Assembly: GCA_964482695.1 (NCBI GenBank)
Contig: CAYZYP010000001.1
Location: 68,143-132,142, forward strand
DNA from: an uncultured Gammaproteobacteria bacterium
GTDB taxonomy: Bacteria > Patescibacteriota > Patescibacteriia > Magasanikbacterales > GWA2-37-8
DNA length: 64,000 nucleotides
Reading direction: 5' to 3'
The position numbers were made by a program, and so were the translations under genes. A model generated the notes under the pieces. That model did no database searches, had not been told where the DNA came from, and saw only the letters and a list, made by a program, of their open reading frames with translations. The first letter of the stretch is position 1, and each line of letters begins with the position of its first letter. Of the stretch, positions 10,050 to 19,590 are shown piece by piece.

Positions 10050-10218
10050 ACTAATTACCTTGAATTGCAAAACTCGTCTTGTCATCCTGAGTGTAGCGGA
10101 GCGAAACGAAGGATCTTTCTGTTAGAGCGCTTCTTAGCACGGAAAGATTCTTCCCCTTCGCTTCGCTCAGGGTCAGAATGACAGTAAAAATGATAGTTTC
10201 GTAATTCAAGGTAATTAT
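10050..10218. repeat. Intergenic nested palindrome. Outer arms are taattaccttgaattgcaaaac / gtttcgtaattcaaggtaatta. They enclose copy D (10079-10184) of the tgtcatcc...ggatgaca element family.
   Basis: Seen directly. The internal sequence gtcatcctgag..gcgaaacgaaggatctttctg...cagaatgacag is homologous to the in-frame copies. Confidence 0.75.
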
Positions 10219-10325
10219 TGATATTTTAGATCAATCCCGAAGTGATCCTCTAGGGATTAAAATAATTTTTAATTAATTAGAACAAACTTGCTAATTTACG
10301 CAAATTGTTCTTTAAGGGAGGTTTT

Positions 10326-11189
10326 ATGCCTTTAGCAAAAAATAACAATGGCAAATCAGTGTCTTTGCCAAAAGTTAGCGCAATAGATACAAAGTCGTGT
10401 TGCCAAAAAAATAATGATTGCTGTAAAAATAATTGTTGTGGTGATTTTGGTAAAAAAATAATAAAAACTTTGGCTGGAATTTTGTTGGTATATGTAATAT
10501 TTTATGTCGGCACTCTGGTTCATAATAATTTAAAAAAATATGAATATATAGGTAAAGCAGAAAAGGCCGAAAGAACAATGACCATTACCGGTTATGGCAA
10601 GGTAAATGGAACCAATGATATAGCAGTAACCACTATTGGCTATACTAATACCGATCAGGATGTTTCCAAGGCGCAGGTAGCTAACAAAAAAGTAATGGAT
10701 GCGGTAATTCAAGATTTAAAGGCAATGAGTATCGTTGATAAAGACATGCAAAGTGATTATTCTATTTATCCGGAATATACTTATACCTCGGCTAGCGGTA
10801 GCGTATTTAAAGGTTATAAAGTTACCAATCAGGTAACAATTAAAATAAGAGATCTTTCAAAAATTCAGAATGTGTTGTCTTTATCCAGTAAATATGGCGC
10901 TAACCAAATTAGCGGTTTAAGTTTTACTATTGACGATCCAGAAAATTTAAAAGAACAAGCCAGAACAAAAGCGCTAGCCGACGCTCAAAAGAAAGCCAAA
11001 ATAATAGCCCAATCTATGGGGACGCGTTTGGGTGGTGTAATTTCTTATAGTGAATATGAAACAAGCGCCGGTAATGTCTACCCGGTTAATTACGCCCGTG
11101 GTGGCTCATTGGGCGCGGAAACGAGCGCTATTGTAAGTGGTAGCAAGGACGTAGAAATGAGTGTTAGTATTACTTACGAACTTAAGTAG
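10326..11189 (+). CDS. SIMPL/DUF541-family (BP26/OMP28-like) protein with a Cys-rich N-terminal segment and one TM helix.
   Basis: 'ITGYGKV..TNDIAVTTIGY....QVTIKIRDLSKIQNVL......GANQISGLSFTIDDPE.L..QAR..A...A..KAK.IA' matches the SIMPL fold pattern. The start is chosen at 10326 because GGGAGG lies 5 nt upstream. Confidence 0.65.
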   Translation: MPLAKNNNGKSVSLPKVSAIDTKSCCQKNNDCCKNNCCGDFGKKIIKTLAGILLVYVIFYVGTLVHNNLKKYEYIGKAEKAERTMTITGYGKVNGTNDIAVTTIGYTNTDQDVSKAQVANKKVMDAVIQDLKAMSIVDKDMQSDYSIYPEYTYTSASGSVFKGYKVTNQVTIKIRDLSKIQNVLSLSSKYGANQISGLSFTIDDPENLKEQARTKALADAQKKAKIIAQSMGTRLGGVISYSEYETSAGNVYPVNYARGGSLGAETSAIVSGSKDVEMSVSITYELK

Positions 11190-11209
11190 ATCTCATAATT
11201 TTTGTATTT

Positions 11210-12457
11210 ATGAAAATTAAACAAGTGATTGGCCGTGAAATATTAGATTCGCGCGGCAACCCAACTGTTGAAGCCAAAGTAATATTGGAAAATGGTCTTT
11301 TTGCTGTGGCCTCGGTGCCGTCGGGCGCGTCTACTGGCACGCACGAAGCTTTGGAATTAAGAGATGGTGGCAAAAGATACGGCGGTAAAGGAGTTTTAAA
11401 GGCGGTGAAAAATATCAATACGATTATTAATCGATCGTTAGTTGGTAAAGAAATAACAGCTTTAAAAGAAATAGACGAAAAGATGATAAAGGTAGATGGG
11501 TCGGAAAATAAAAATAATTTAGGAGCTAACGCTATCTTGGCTGTTTCATTAGCGGCTACTCGAGCGGGTGCTTTGGCGATAAGAATGCCTTTGTATAAAT
11601 ATATACGCCAGGTGTATAATTTTAATGAAAAGAATTTCCGTTTGCCAGTGCCAACAATGAATATATTAAATGGTGGTCGGCACGCGGATAATGGTTTGAC
11701 AGTGCAAGAATTTATGATTATCCCGCGTAATAAATTATTTCGTGAGCGGGTGCGTATGGGGTCGCAGATTTTTCATAGTTTAGCCAATTTGCTTAGTCAA
11801 AAAGGATATTCTACGGGGGTGGGAGACGAAGGTGGCTTTGCGCCTGAATTATTAAATAACGAACGTGCTATTCAGCTTATAATAGAAGCGATTAAATTAA
11901 CCGGCTGGGAGCCTGGGCGGCATGTATTTTTGGGGTTAGATGTAGCGGCTTCGGAATTTTGCAGTCATGGTAAATATTATTTTATTAATAAAAAACAAGG
12001 CTGGCGAGCGGAAAAGATGATCGCTACTTACTCCAATTGGTTGAAAAAATATCCGATAATTTCCATAGAGGATGGTTTGGGCGAAGACGATTGGTCTAAC
12101 TGGCAAATTTTAACTAAGGAATTAGGGAAAAAAACTATTTTAGTAGGCGATGATTTATTTGTAACTAATACCAAACGTTTGCAGAAAGGTATTACAGAGA
12201 AAGTGGCTAACGCTATTTTGATAAAAGTTAATCAAATTGGCACTTTAAGTGAAACAATAGACGCCATTACATTAGCTAAAAAGAATGGTTACCAAATTAC
12301 TGTTTCCAATCGCAGCGGTGAAACCGAAGACACTTTTATTGCTGATTTGGCAGTGGCTGTTAATTCCGAGTTTATTAAAACCGGCTCTATGTCGCGGTCA
12401 GAGAGAATAGCAAAATATAATCGTCTGATGGAGATAGAAATGGAATTAGGGATATAG
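11210..12457 (+). CDS. eno: Enolase.
   Basis: 'IGREILDSRGNPTVE' and 'SGETEDTFIADLAV' motifs. The length is 415 aa. Confidence 0.92.
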   Translation: MKIKQVIGREILDSRGNPTVEAKVILENGLFAVASVPSGASTGTHEALELRDGGKRYGGKGVLKAVKNINTIINRSLVGKEITALKEIDEKMIKVDGSENKNNLGANAILAVSLAATRAGALAIRMPLYKYIRQVYNFNEKNFRLPVPTMNILNGGRHADNGLTVQEFMIIPRNKLFRERVRMGSQIFHSLANLLSQKGYSTGVGDEGGFAPELLNNERAIQLIIEAIKLTGWEPGRHVFLGLDVAASEFCSHGKYYFINKKQGWRAEKMIATYSNWLKKYPIISIEDGLGEDDWSNWQILTKELGKKTILVGDDLFVTNTKRLQKGITEKVANAILIKVNQIGTLSETIDAITLAKKNGYQITVSNRSGETEDTFIADLAVAVNSEFIKTGSMSRSERIAKYNRLMEIEMELGI

Positions 12458-12469
12458 ATTATCTAAATT

Positions 12470-14017
12470 ATGCAAAGAAATAAAACCACACTTTTAATAA
12501 TCATGGACGGTTGGGGTTTAACAAAACCAAATAAAGGCAATCCAATTACCCCGAAAACCGCGCCAAATTATTTTAATTGGTTAAAAAAATATCCAAATAC
12601 GAAATTAAAAGCCAGTGGCAAAGACGTTGGTTTGTTTACGGGTGAAGACGGAAACAGTGAAGCTGGTCATTTAAATTTAGGTGGAGGGAGAATCGTAAAA
12701 CAAGACGCGTTGTATATTTCTGATGCCATAAAAGACGGCACATTTTTTAAAAATAACGCTTTTAGCCAAGCTATTCATCATGTAAAAAAATATAATACCG
12801 CCGTTCATTTAATGGGGTTGTTATCAAATCATAACAGCGCGCATTCTTGTCCAGAGCACCTGTATGCTTTGTTGGATTTATTTCATAAAAATAATATAGT
12901 TCAGGTTTATTTACATCTTTTTACCGATGGCCGTGATTCTGGCCAGCATGACGCTACCAATCATTTAAAAAAATTAGAAAAACATTTGCGCGCTAATCAA
13001 GAGATCGCTACTGTCATGGGGCGGTTTTACGCCATGGACAGAAACAAACAATGGCGCAGAACTCAACAAGCGTACGAGGCCATGGTTAAAGGCTTAGGTT
13101 GTACTGCTACTAGCGCCGAAGAAGCTTTGGCGCAATCATACAATAGGAATACCACCGACGAATTTATCTGCCCAACCGTAATTATCAAAGACAACAAGCC
13201 GGTCGCGAAAATTAAAGATAATGACGCTATTTTCTTTTTTAACTTGCGCAGCGACAGGGCGCGGCAGTTAACCAAAGTATTTGTTCAGCCGAATTTTAAA
13301 AAAATGAATCAAGGCGCGTTTAACAGAATTCATTTACCAAAGAATACACGTTTTGTGGCCATGACTGATTTTGGCCCTGATTTGCCTGGTGTTTTAGCCG
13401 CTTTTCCTAGCCGTGATGTGGAAAATAGCTTAACACAGATATTATGTCCACGCCGTCAACTATATATTGCTGAATCCGAAAAATACGCTCATGTTACCTA
13501 CTTTTTTAATGGTGGTTATGCTCAGCATTTTTGTGATGAATCTTGGGTAAAAATTGAATCGCCAAACGTGGAAAGTTATGATCAGAAACCAGAAATGAGC
13601 GCTAAAAAAGTGGCTGATTATTTAATTGGCGCTATTGAATCACAAACTTATGATTTTATTTTAGCCAATTTCGCCAATCCGGATATGGTAGGGCACACAG
13701 GAAATTTTTCTGCCGGCGAAATAGCGGTAAATACGGTAGATAAAGAAATAGAAAGGGTAATCAAAAGCTTAGTTAATTGTAATGGTCAAGGTATAATAAC
13801 CGCGGATCATGGCAATATAGAAGAAATGATAAATCCTAGGACAGGAGAAATAGACACTGAACATTCGGCTAATCCAGTACCTTTTATTTTAATAAATTCA
13901 TCAGTTAAAACAAACAAGCATTTACCAACAGGTAAACTAGGAGATGTAGCCCCAACGATTTTGAAATTAATGGCGATAGAAAAGCCAAGAGAAATGAATG
14001 GGAGAGCGTTGGTGTAA
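12470..14017 (+). CDS. gpmI: 2,3-bisphosphoglycerate-independent phosphoglycerate mutase, paralog 1.
   Basis: 'LLIIMDGWG' and the catalytic Ser in 'GNSEAGHLNLG', plus 'ADHGN'. The length is 515 aa. Confidence 0.85.
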   Translation: MQRNKTTLLIIMDGWGLTKPNKGNPITPKTAPNYFNWLKKYPNTKLKASGKDVGLFTGEDGNSEAGHLNLGGGRIVKQDALYISDAIKDGTFFKNNAFSQAIHHVKKYNTAVHLMGLLSNHNSAHSCPEHLYALLDLFHKNNIVQVYLHLFTDGRDSGQHDATNHLKKLEKHLRANQEIATVMGRFYAMDRNKQWRRTQQAYEAMVKGLGCTATSAEEALAQSYNRNTTDEFICPTVIIKDNKPVAKIKDNDAIFFFNLRSDRARQLTKVFVQPNFKKMNQGAFNRIHLPKNTRFVAMTDFGPDLPGVLAAFPSRDVENSLTQILCPRRQLYIAESEKYAHVTYFFNGGYAQHFCDESWVKIESPNVESYDQKPEMSAKKVADYLIGAIESQTYDFILANFANPDMVGHTGNFSAGEIAVNTVDKEIERVIKSLVNCNGQGIITADHGNIEEMINPRTGEIDTEHSANPVPFILINSSVKTNKHLPTGKLGDVAPTILKLMAIEKPREMNGRALV

Positions 14018-14034
14018 AATTATAATTTTCAAAT

Positions 14035-15612
14035 ATGTCTTATCGCCCTGTAGTATTAATAATTTTAGATGGTTGGGGAATAGCGCCAGCTAGCGAAGGT
14101 AACGCCATAACCGAAGCAAGAACACCAAATTTTCTCAAGTATTTGCGCGATTATCCAACCATGACAATACACGCCTCTGGGAATGAGGTTGGTTTATTAT
14201 TCGGGGAAATGGGAAATTCAGAGGTAGGCCATTTAAATATTGGCGCCGGGCGTGTTTATTACCAAACTTGCCCGCGCATTAATAAAGAAATTAGTGATGG
14301 TACATTTTTCAAAAATGAAGCTCTGCTTAAGGCAGTTAATAAAGCAAAAGAAAACAAATCGCAATTACATTTAATTGGTTTATTAAGCTCTGGCAATGTT
14401 CATTCTAGCAATGATCATCTTTATGCTTTGCTAGAGTTGTGCAAACAACACAAATTAACTGATAATGTATTTATTCATGCTATTTTAGATGGCCGTGATT
14501 GTGTTTATAATTCTGGCAAGGAATTTATTAAAGATTTACAGGAAAAAATAAAGCAATTACGTATTGGCAAAATAGCCACCTTGTCTGGTCGCTATTATGC
14601 CATGGACAGAGATAATCGTTGGGAACGAACAGAAAAAGCTTATCAAGCGATTGCCGAGGGTAAGGCCGAAAGAACTGGTGAAAATCCGCTTAAAATTATA
14701 GAAGAATCATACAATAAAAAGAACTATGATGAAGAATTTATCCCTACGGTTATCACCAAAGATGGTGCTCCAATAACTACTATTAAAAATGGCGACGCGG
14801 CGATTTTTTTTAATTTTCGTCCCGATCGAGCGCGGCAATTAACAAAAGCTTTTGTTGTTCCTAGTTTTGAAAAATTTAATAAAAATTTCTTATCAGATTT
14901 AACCTTTGTTACTCTAAGTGAATATGAAAAACAATTACCCGCCACAGTCGCTTTCGCGCCAATGGTGGTGCATAATTGTTTGGCCGAAGTAATTAGTAAA
15001 GCCGGTAAGTGGCAATTACACATCGCAGAAACAGAAAAATACGCTCATGTCACTTTTTTCTTGAATGGCACTGTAGAGGAGCCATTTCGGGGCGAGGAAC
15101 GTTTACTGGTGCCATCACCAAGAGTTTCTAGCTATGATCAAAAGCCAGAGATGTCAGCATCGGAAGTAACTAAATTAGTTAATAAAGCTATTGACGATGG
15201 CAAATACGATTTTATAGTTGTAAATTTTGCTAATCCAGATATGGTTGGCCATACCGGGGTTTTGGAAGCTGGTATAAAGTCGTGCGAAGTAACAGATAAA
15301 TGTTTGGGAAATGTGGTAGAAAATGTCTTAGCTCACGGCGGTGTGGCTTTGGTAACAGCCGACCATGGCAACGCAGAAGAAATGGTTAATTTACAGACAG
15401 GCGAGATAGACAAAGAACATTCTACCAACCCAGTGCCATTTTTAGTAATAAGCAAAGATTATATGGGGCAGGCAGGGTCAGGTGGCGATGCTCCAGAAGG
15501 GGATTTAAGTCTATTGCAACCAGTAGGTATGTTAGCCGATGTGGCGCCGACTGTTTTAAAATTAATGGGTATTGATAAACCAGAAGAAATGACCGGGCAG
15601 GCGTTGATATAA
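14035..15612 (+). CDS. gpmI: 2,3-bisphosphoglycerate-independent phosphoglycerate mutase, paralog 2.
   Basis: 'VLIILDGWG', 'GNSEVGHLNIG' and 'ADHGN'. The length is 525 aa. Confidence 0.85.
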   Translation: MSYRPVVLIILDGWGIAPASEGNAITEARTPNFLKYLRDYPTMTIHASGNEVGLLFGEMGNSEVGHLNIGAGRVYYQTCPRINKEISDGTFFKNEALLKAVNKAKENKSQLHLIGLLSSGNVHSSNDHLYALLELCKQHKLTDNVFIHAILDGRDCVYNSGKEFIKDLQEKIKQLRIGKIATLSGRYYAMDRDNRWERTEKAYQAIAEGKAERTGENPLKIIEESYNKKNYDEEFIPTVITKDGAPITTIKNGDAAIFFNFRPDRARQLTKAFVVPSFEKFNKNFLSDLTFVTLSEYEKQLPATVAFAPMVVHNCLAEVISKAGKWQLHIAETEKYAHVTFFLNGTVEEPFRGEERLLVPSPRVSSYDQKPEMSASEVTKLVNKAIDDGKYDFIVVNFANPDMVGHTGVLEAGIKSCEVTDKCLGNVVENVLAHGGVALVTADHGNAEEMVNLQTGEIDKEHSTNPVPFLVISKDYMGQAGSGGDAPEGDLSLLQPVGMLADVAPTVLKLMGIDKPEEMTGQALI

Positions 15613-16758
15613 CTAATGAAGTTGTTTTTTAATATTTTCCACTACTTCTTTTTCTACATCCGCGAGCTTTTTATTTTCTATTGTAAAAGAAGCTCGTTTT
15701 TTATTACCAACAGGATTAAAAGGCAAAGCAAGCATTTTAGCGTCATAACGGTCCTCTACCGAGATTAGGCCGTTAATTTTGTTTGTCGTGGTTTGTGTCG
15801 TGTCTTCGTATAATAGTAAGGTAACTTTTGCTTCTGGTGAATTAATGATTAATTCATCAATAACTTCGTGCAGATCTTCTTCATTAGCTTGCGAGCGGGC
15901 AAAATCTTCACGAGTGATAGTTGTCCAAACCAAACCGGTTTGGCGATCACTTTGTAAATGGGTTAAAGCTTGCCCCCAAATTTTTAAAGAAGAAATAGAA
16001 CGGTTATGATAAAGGTGCTTAATTATTTTTTCTCTGTCAGCCCCCAGTTTCATTAGTTGGCTGGCGGTATTTAAAGTGTCAGGAGTGATATTAGTTGCTT
16101 TAAAACCGCGGGTTTGGCTGATGATTCCTGATAGTAAGGCAGTGGCGATATTTTCATCAATATTGGTTTCTTTGATTTGTAGCATGATCTTAAAAGAATT
16201 TTCCGCGGTAGAAGCAGAAGGCAAATCAATTAAATTAATTAGGCCGTAATGTTCATTGTTAACATTATGGTCCAGATTGATTATTGGTAGGCGATAGAAC
16301 AAGTCGGTGTTGTTGGTAAAAATTTCGCCCAAAGATTCTAGATCGGGCGTATTGATCGTCATTATGGTATCGTATTTAAAAGAAGATTGAGCGGTTCGCA
16401 GTTCATTTTTAGTGATTACTCCTTGTTTAGGGTTAATATGAATAGACAGCCAACCGTCTTTAATATCATAGCTTAAAGAATCTACTTTTGATTTGGAAAC
16501 ATCTACTTTAATGGTAAATTTTTGTAGGTGAGTGATTTCTGATTTTATTTCTTCATAACCGGTTAAGAATCTTAAATTTTTTGTCGCGCCAAAATTTTGC
16601 GAGACAATATCTACTTGTTTGTATTGTTTTTCTAAAAATATTTTCCAAGCCAAAGCGCAACCTATAGCGTCTAGATCATATTTTGGTTCAAAAACAATCA
16701 AAATATAGTGACTGTTTTCTAGTATCTTGGTTAGTTGTTGGATATCATTTAACGCCAT
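15613..16758 (-). CDS. DHH-family phosphoesterase (NrnA-like oligoribonuclease/pAp phosphatase).
   Basis: An N-terminal 'D..A..C' motif in 'DLDAIGCALAWK' and a DHH-like motif, here 'NLDHNVN'. The C-terminal half resembles DHHA1. Confidence 0.55.
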   Translation of the reverse strand: MALNDIQQLTKILENSHYILIVFEPKYDLDAIGCALAWKIFLEKQYKQVDIVSQNFGATKNLRFLTGYEEIKSEITHLQKFTIKVDVSKSKVDSLSYDIKDGWLSIHINPKQGVITKNELRTAQSSFKYDTIMTINTPDLESLGEIFTNNTDLFYRLPIINLDHNVNNEHYGLINLIDLPSASTAENSFKIMLQIKETNIDENIATALLSGIISQTRGFKATNITPDTLNTASQLMKLGADREKIIKHLYHNRSISSLKIWGQALTHLQSDRQTGLVWTTITREDFARSQANEEDLHEVIDELIINSPEAKVTLLLYEDTTQTTTNKINGLISVEDRYDAKMLALPFNPVGNKKRASFTIENKKLADVEKEVVENIKKQLH

Positions 16759-16815
16759 AATGAACTGGGCATTTTATCAATATTTGGCTAAACAGTCAAT
16801 AGATATAGGTGTGGA

Positions 16816-19587
16816 TTGATTTTTTGGAGTAAATCTAGTAAAATACAGCCATTGTCTATAGATATTATGCCAGAATTAGCCAAAGCTTACGAGCCGCAAA
16901 AATACGAAGATAGAATATATAAACGCTGGGAAGAAAGCGGGTTTTTTAATCCGGATGTTTGTGTTGAGCATGGTGTTTGTAAAAAAGACGCCAATTCTTT
17001 TACTATTATTTTGCCACCACCTAATGTTACCGGTACTTTGCATATGGGCCATGCCGCCATGTTGGCCATAGAAGATGTCATGGTTCGTTATCACCGTATG
17101 AAGGGCGAAAAAACACTGTGGCTCCCGGGCACGGATCACGCGGCTATTGCCACGCAAACCAAAGTAGAAAAACTTTTGATAGCTAAGGGGATGAAAGATC
17201 CGCGTCAAGAATTGGGCAGGGAAAAATTTTTGAGTGAAGTGGATAAATTTGCCAAAGAATCTCACGATATTATAGTTAATCAAACAAAAAAAATTGGTTC
17301 ATCTTTGGATTGGAGCAGGGAAGCGTTTACATTGGATGAAAAGAGAAATTTAGCGGTTAGAACTGTTTTTAAGAAAATGTATGATGATGGTTTGATTTAT
17401 CGCGGTTACCGGATTGTTAATTGGTGTCCACGGTGTCATTCTACTTTGGCTGATGACGAGGTGGAGTATAAACCTGCTAAAACAAAATTGTATTGGATAA
17501 AATACGGTCCTTTTATTTTGGCGACAACTCGTCCAGAAACAAAATTGGGCGATACGGCAGTCGCGGTGCATCCGAAAGATAAAAGATATAAAAATATGGT
17601 AGGTAAGAAGTATATGATACCTGGGGTGTTGGGTGAATTTGAAGTCATAGTGGTGGCCGACGAAGCAGTGGATATGGAATTTGGCACGGGAGTCATTAAA
17701 GTTACGCCATACCATAGTTTTGCTGATTACGATATAGCTCAGAGACAACATTTAGTAGGCAAACAGATTATTGATGAGGATGGTAAAATGATGGCCAATT
17801 GTGGCAAGTATGCTGGCATGAAAACTGAAGAGGCGCGTAAGGTGATCGCAGAAGATATGGAAAAAATGGGTTTAATAGATCGCGTAGATGAAAATTATGA
17901 AAACAGTTTATCTGTTTGTTATCGTTGTGGGCATACAATAGAGCCAATTCCTTCTCGTCAATGGTTTATAGATGTTAATAAAGAATTTAAAATAGCAGAT
18001 AGTAAACTGCAAAATATTAAAAAAGGGCAGAAAGTGACTTTGAAAAAGTTAATGCAAGTAGTGGTAAAAAGCAATCAGATAGAAATTATTCCAGATAGGT
18101 TTAATAAAACATATTTTAGTTGGATAAATAATTTACGCGATTGGTGTATATCTAGACAAATTTGGTATGGTCACAGAATCCCAGTGTGGTATAAAGATGA
18201 AGAAATTTTTGTTGGTACAGAAGCGCCCGCGGAAGATGGTTGGAAACAAGATCCAGATACTTTAGACACTTGGTTTAGCTCTGGGCTTTGGACTTTTTCT
18301 ACTCTTGGTTATCCGGATTTAAATTCAACAGATTTAAAAAATTATCACCCAACCTCGGTTTTAGAAACTGGTTATGACATCTTATTTTTCTGGGTGGCTA
18401 GAATGATACTCATGACAACTTACGTTTTAGGCGACATTCCTTTTAAAAAAGTATATTTGCATGGATTGGTTCGAGATGAAAAAGGGCAAAAAATGAGCAA
18501 GTCCTTGGGCAACGTGATTGACCCATTGGATATGATAAAAAAGTATGGCGCGGATGCCACCAGATTGTCATTACTTGTTGGTACCACGCCAGGCAATGAC
18601 ATGAAGCTATCCGAAGAAAAAATCGCTGGTTTTAGGAATTTTGCCAATAAGTTGTGGAATATTAGTAGATTTATTTTATTAAATATAGATAAGCCACAAA
18701 GTAAATTAGATAGCCCAATACCCAGAACTTTTTTTGATAGATGTATATTGCACCAATTAAACAAACAAGCATCATTTGTCACAAACGATATAGAAGAATT
18801 TAGGCTCTCCGCCGCGGGTGAAAGACTGAGAGCTTTTACTTGGAATATTTTAGCTGATTGGTATTTGGAGATAGCTAAGATAGAGGGAAATAAATCTGAA
18901 ATATTAAATTATATTTTAAATAGTCTGCTTAAATTATGGCATCCATTCATGCCTTTTGTAACCGAAGCGATTTGGCAAGAGATTTATGGGAAAGAAAATA
19001 TATTAATGATCCAGTCTTGGGTTGATGTATTTAATGTTGAAACTACTGTTAATAATAAAAATGAACCAATTGCAAGATGGCCGAAAGTTGGTAGCCAGCA
19101 GGCATTGGAGATGTTTGATTTGGATGAAGGGTGGAATATTATTATAGGAGTAATTGGACATATTAGAAAGTTGCGCGCTGATTATAAAATAGAGCCAGCC
19201 AAAAAATTAAACGTGGTAATTAACGCTGGCAAAAAGATCGGCTTATTAAAAGAAAACGAAGCAGTTATCAAAGGTTTGGCCAGATTAGAGAGTGTTAAGA
19301 TAGAAGAAAAAATAGCTAAGCCAAAAAATTCCATTGGCTTTGTTGAAAGTGGTATAGAGGTGTATATTGATCTAGAGGGGGTTGTTGATGCGGGAAAAGA
19401 ACAGAAAAGGTTAGAAAAAGAAATAGTGGAATTAAAAAAATATACTGGTAATTTAGAAAAAAAATTAACTAATAAAGAATTTATTAAAAACGCGCCAAAG
19501 GAAATTATAGAAAAAGAAAAACAAAAGTTAAGCGAAGCCCAAGAAAAGTTAGAAAAATTACAAAAACAATTAACAGATTTAAAATAG
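16816..19587 (+). CDS. valS: Valyl-tRNA synthetase. The true start is probably near 16867.
   Basis: HIGH motif 'PPNVTGTLHMGHA', 'KMSKSLGN' and a C-terminal coiled coil. The length is ~920 aa. Confidence 0.9.
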   Translation: MIFWSKSSKIQPLSIDIMPELAKAYEPQKYEDRIYKRWEESGFFNPDVCVEHGVCKKDANSFTIILPPPNVTGTLHMGHAAMLAIEDVMVRYHRMKGEKTLWLPGTDHAAIATQTKVEKLLIAKGMKDPRQELGREKFLSEVDKFAKESHDIIVNQTKKIGSSLDWSREAFTLDEKRNLAVRTVFKKMYDDGLIYRGYRIVNWCPRCHSTLADDEVEYKPAKTKLYWIKYGPFILATTRPETKLGDTAVAVHPKDKRYKNMVGKKYMIPGVLGEFEVIVVADEAVDMEFGTGVIKVTPYHSFADYDIAQRQHLVGKQIIDEDGKMMANCGKYAGMKTEEARKVIAEDMEKMGLIDRVDENYENSLSVCYRCGHTIEPIPSRQWFIDVNKEFKIADSKLQNIKKGQKVTLKKLMQVVVKSNQIEIIPDRFNKTYFSWINNLRDWCISRQIWYGHRIPVWYKDEEIFVGTEAPAEDGWKQDPDTLDTWFSSGLWTFSTLGYPDLNSTDLKNYHPTSVLETGYDILFFWVARMILMTTYVLGDIPFKKVYLHGLVRDEKGQKMSKSLGNVIDPLDMIKKYGADATRLSLLVGTTPGNDMKLSEEKIAGFRNFANKLWNISRFILLNIDKPQSKLDSPIPRTFFDRCILHQLNKQASFVTNDIEEFRLSAAGERLRAFTWNILADWYLEIAKIEGNKSEILNYILNSLLKLWHPFMPFVTEAIWQEIYGKENILMIQSWVDVFNVETTVNNKNEPIARWPKVGSQQALEMFDLDEGWNIIIGVIGHIRKLRADYKIEPAKKLNVVINAGKKIGLLKENEAVIKGLARLESVKIEEKIAKPKNSIGFVESGIEVYIDLEGVVDAGKEQKRLEKEIVELKKYTGNLEKKLTNKEFIKNAPKEIIEKEKQKLSEAQEKLEKLQKQLTDLK

Positions 19588-19590
19588 TAT

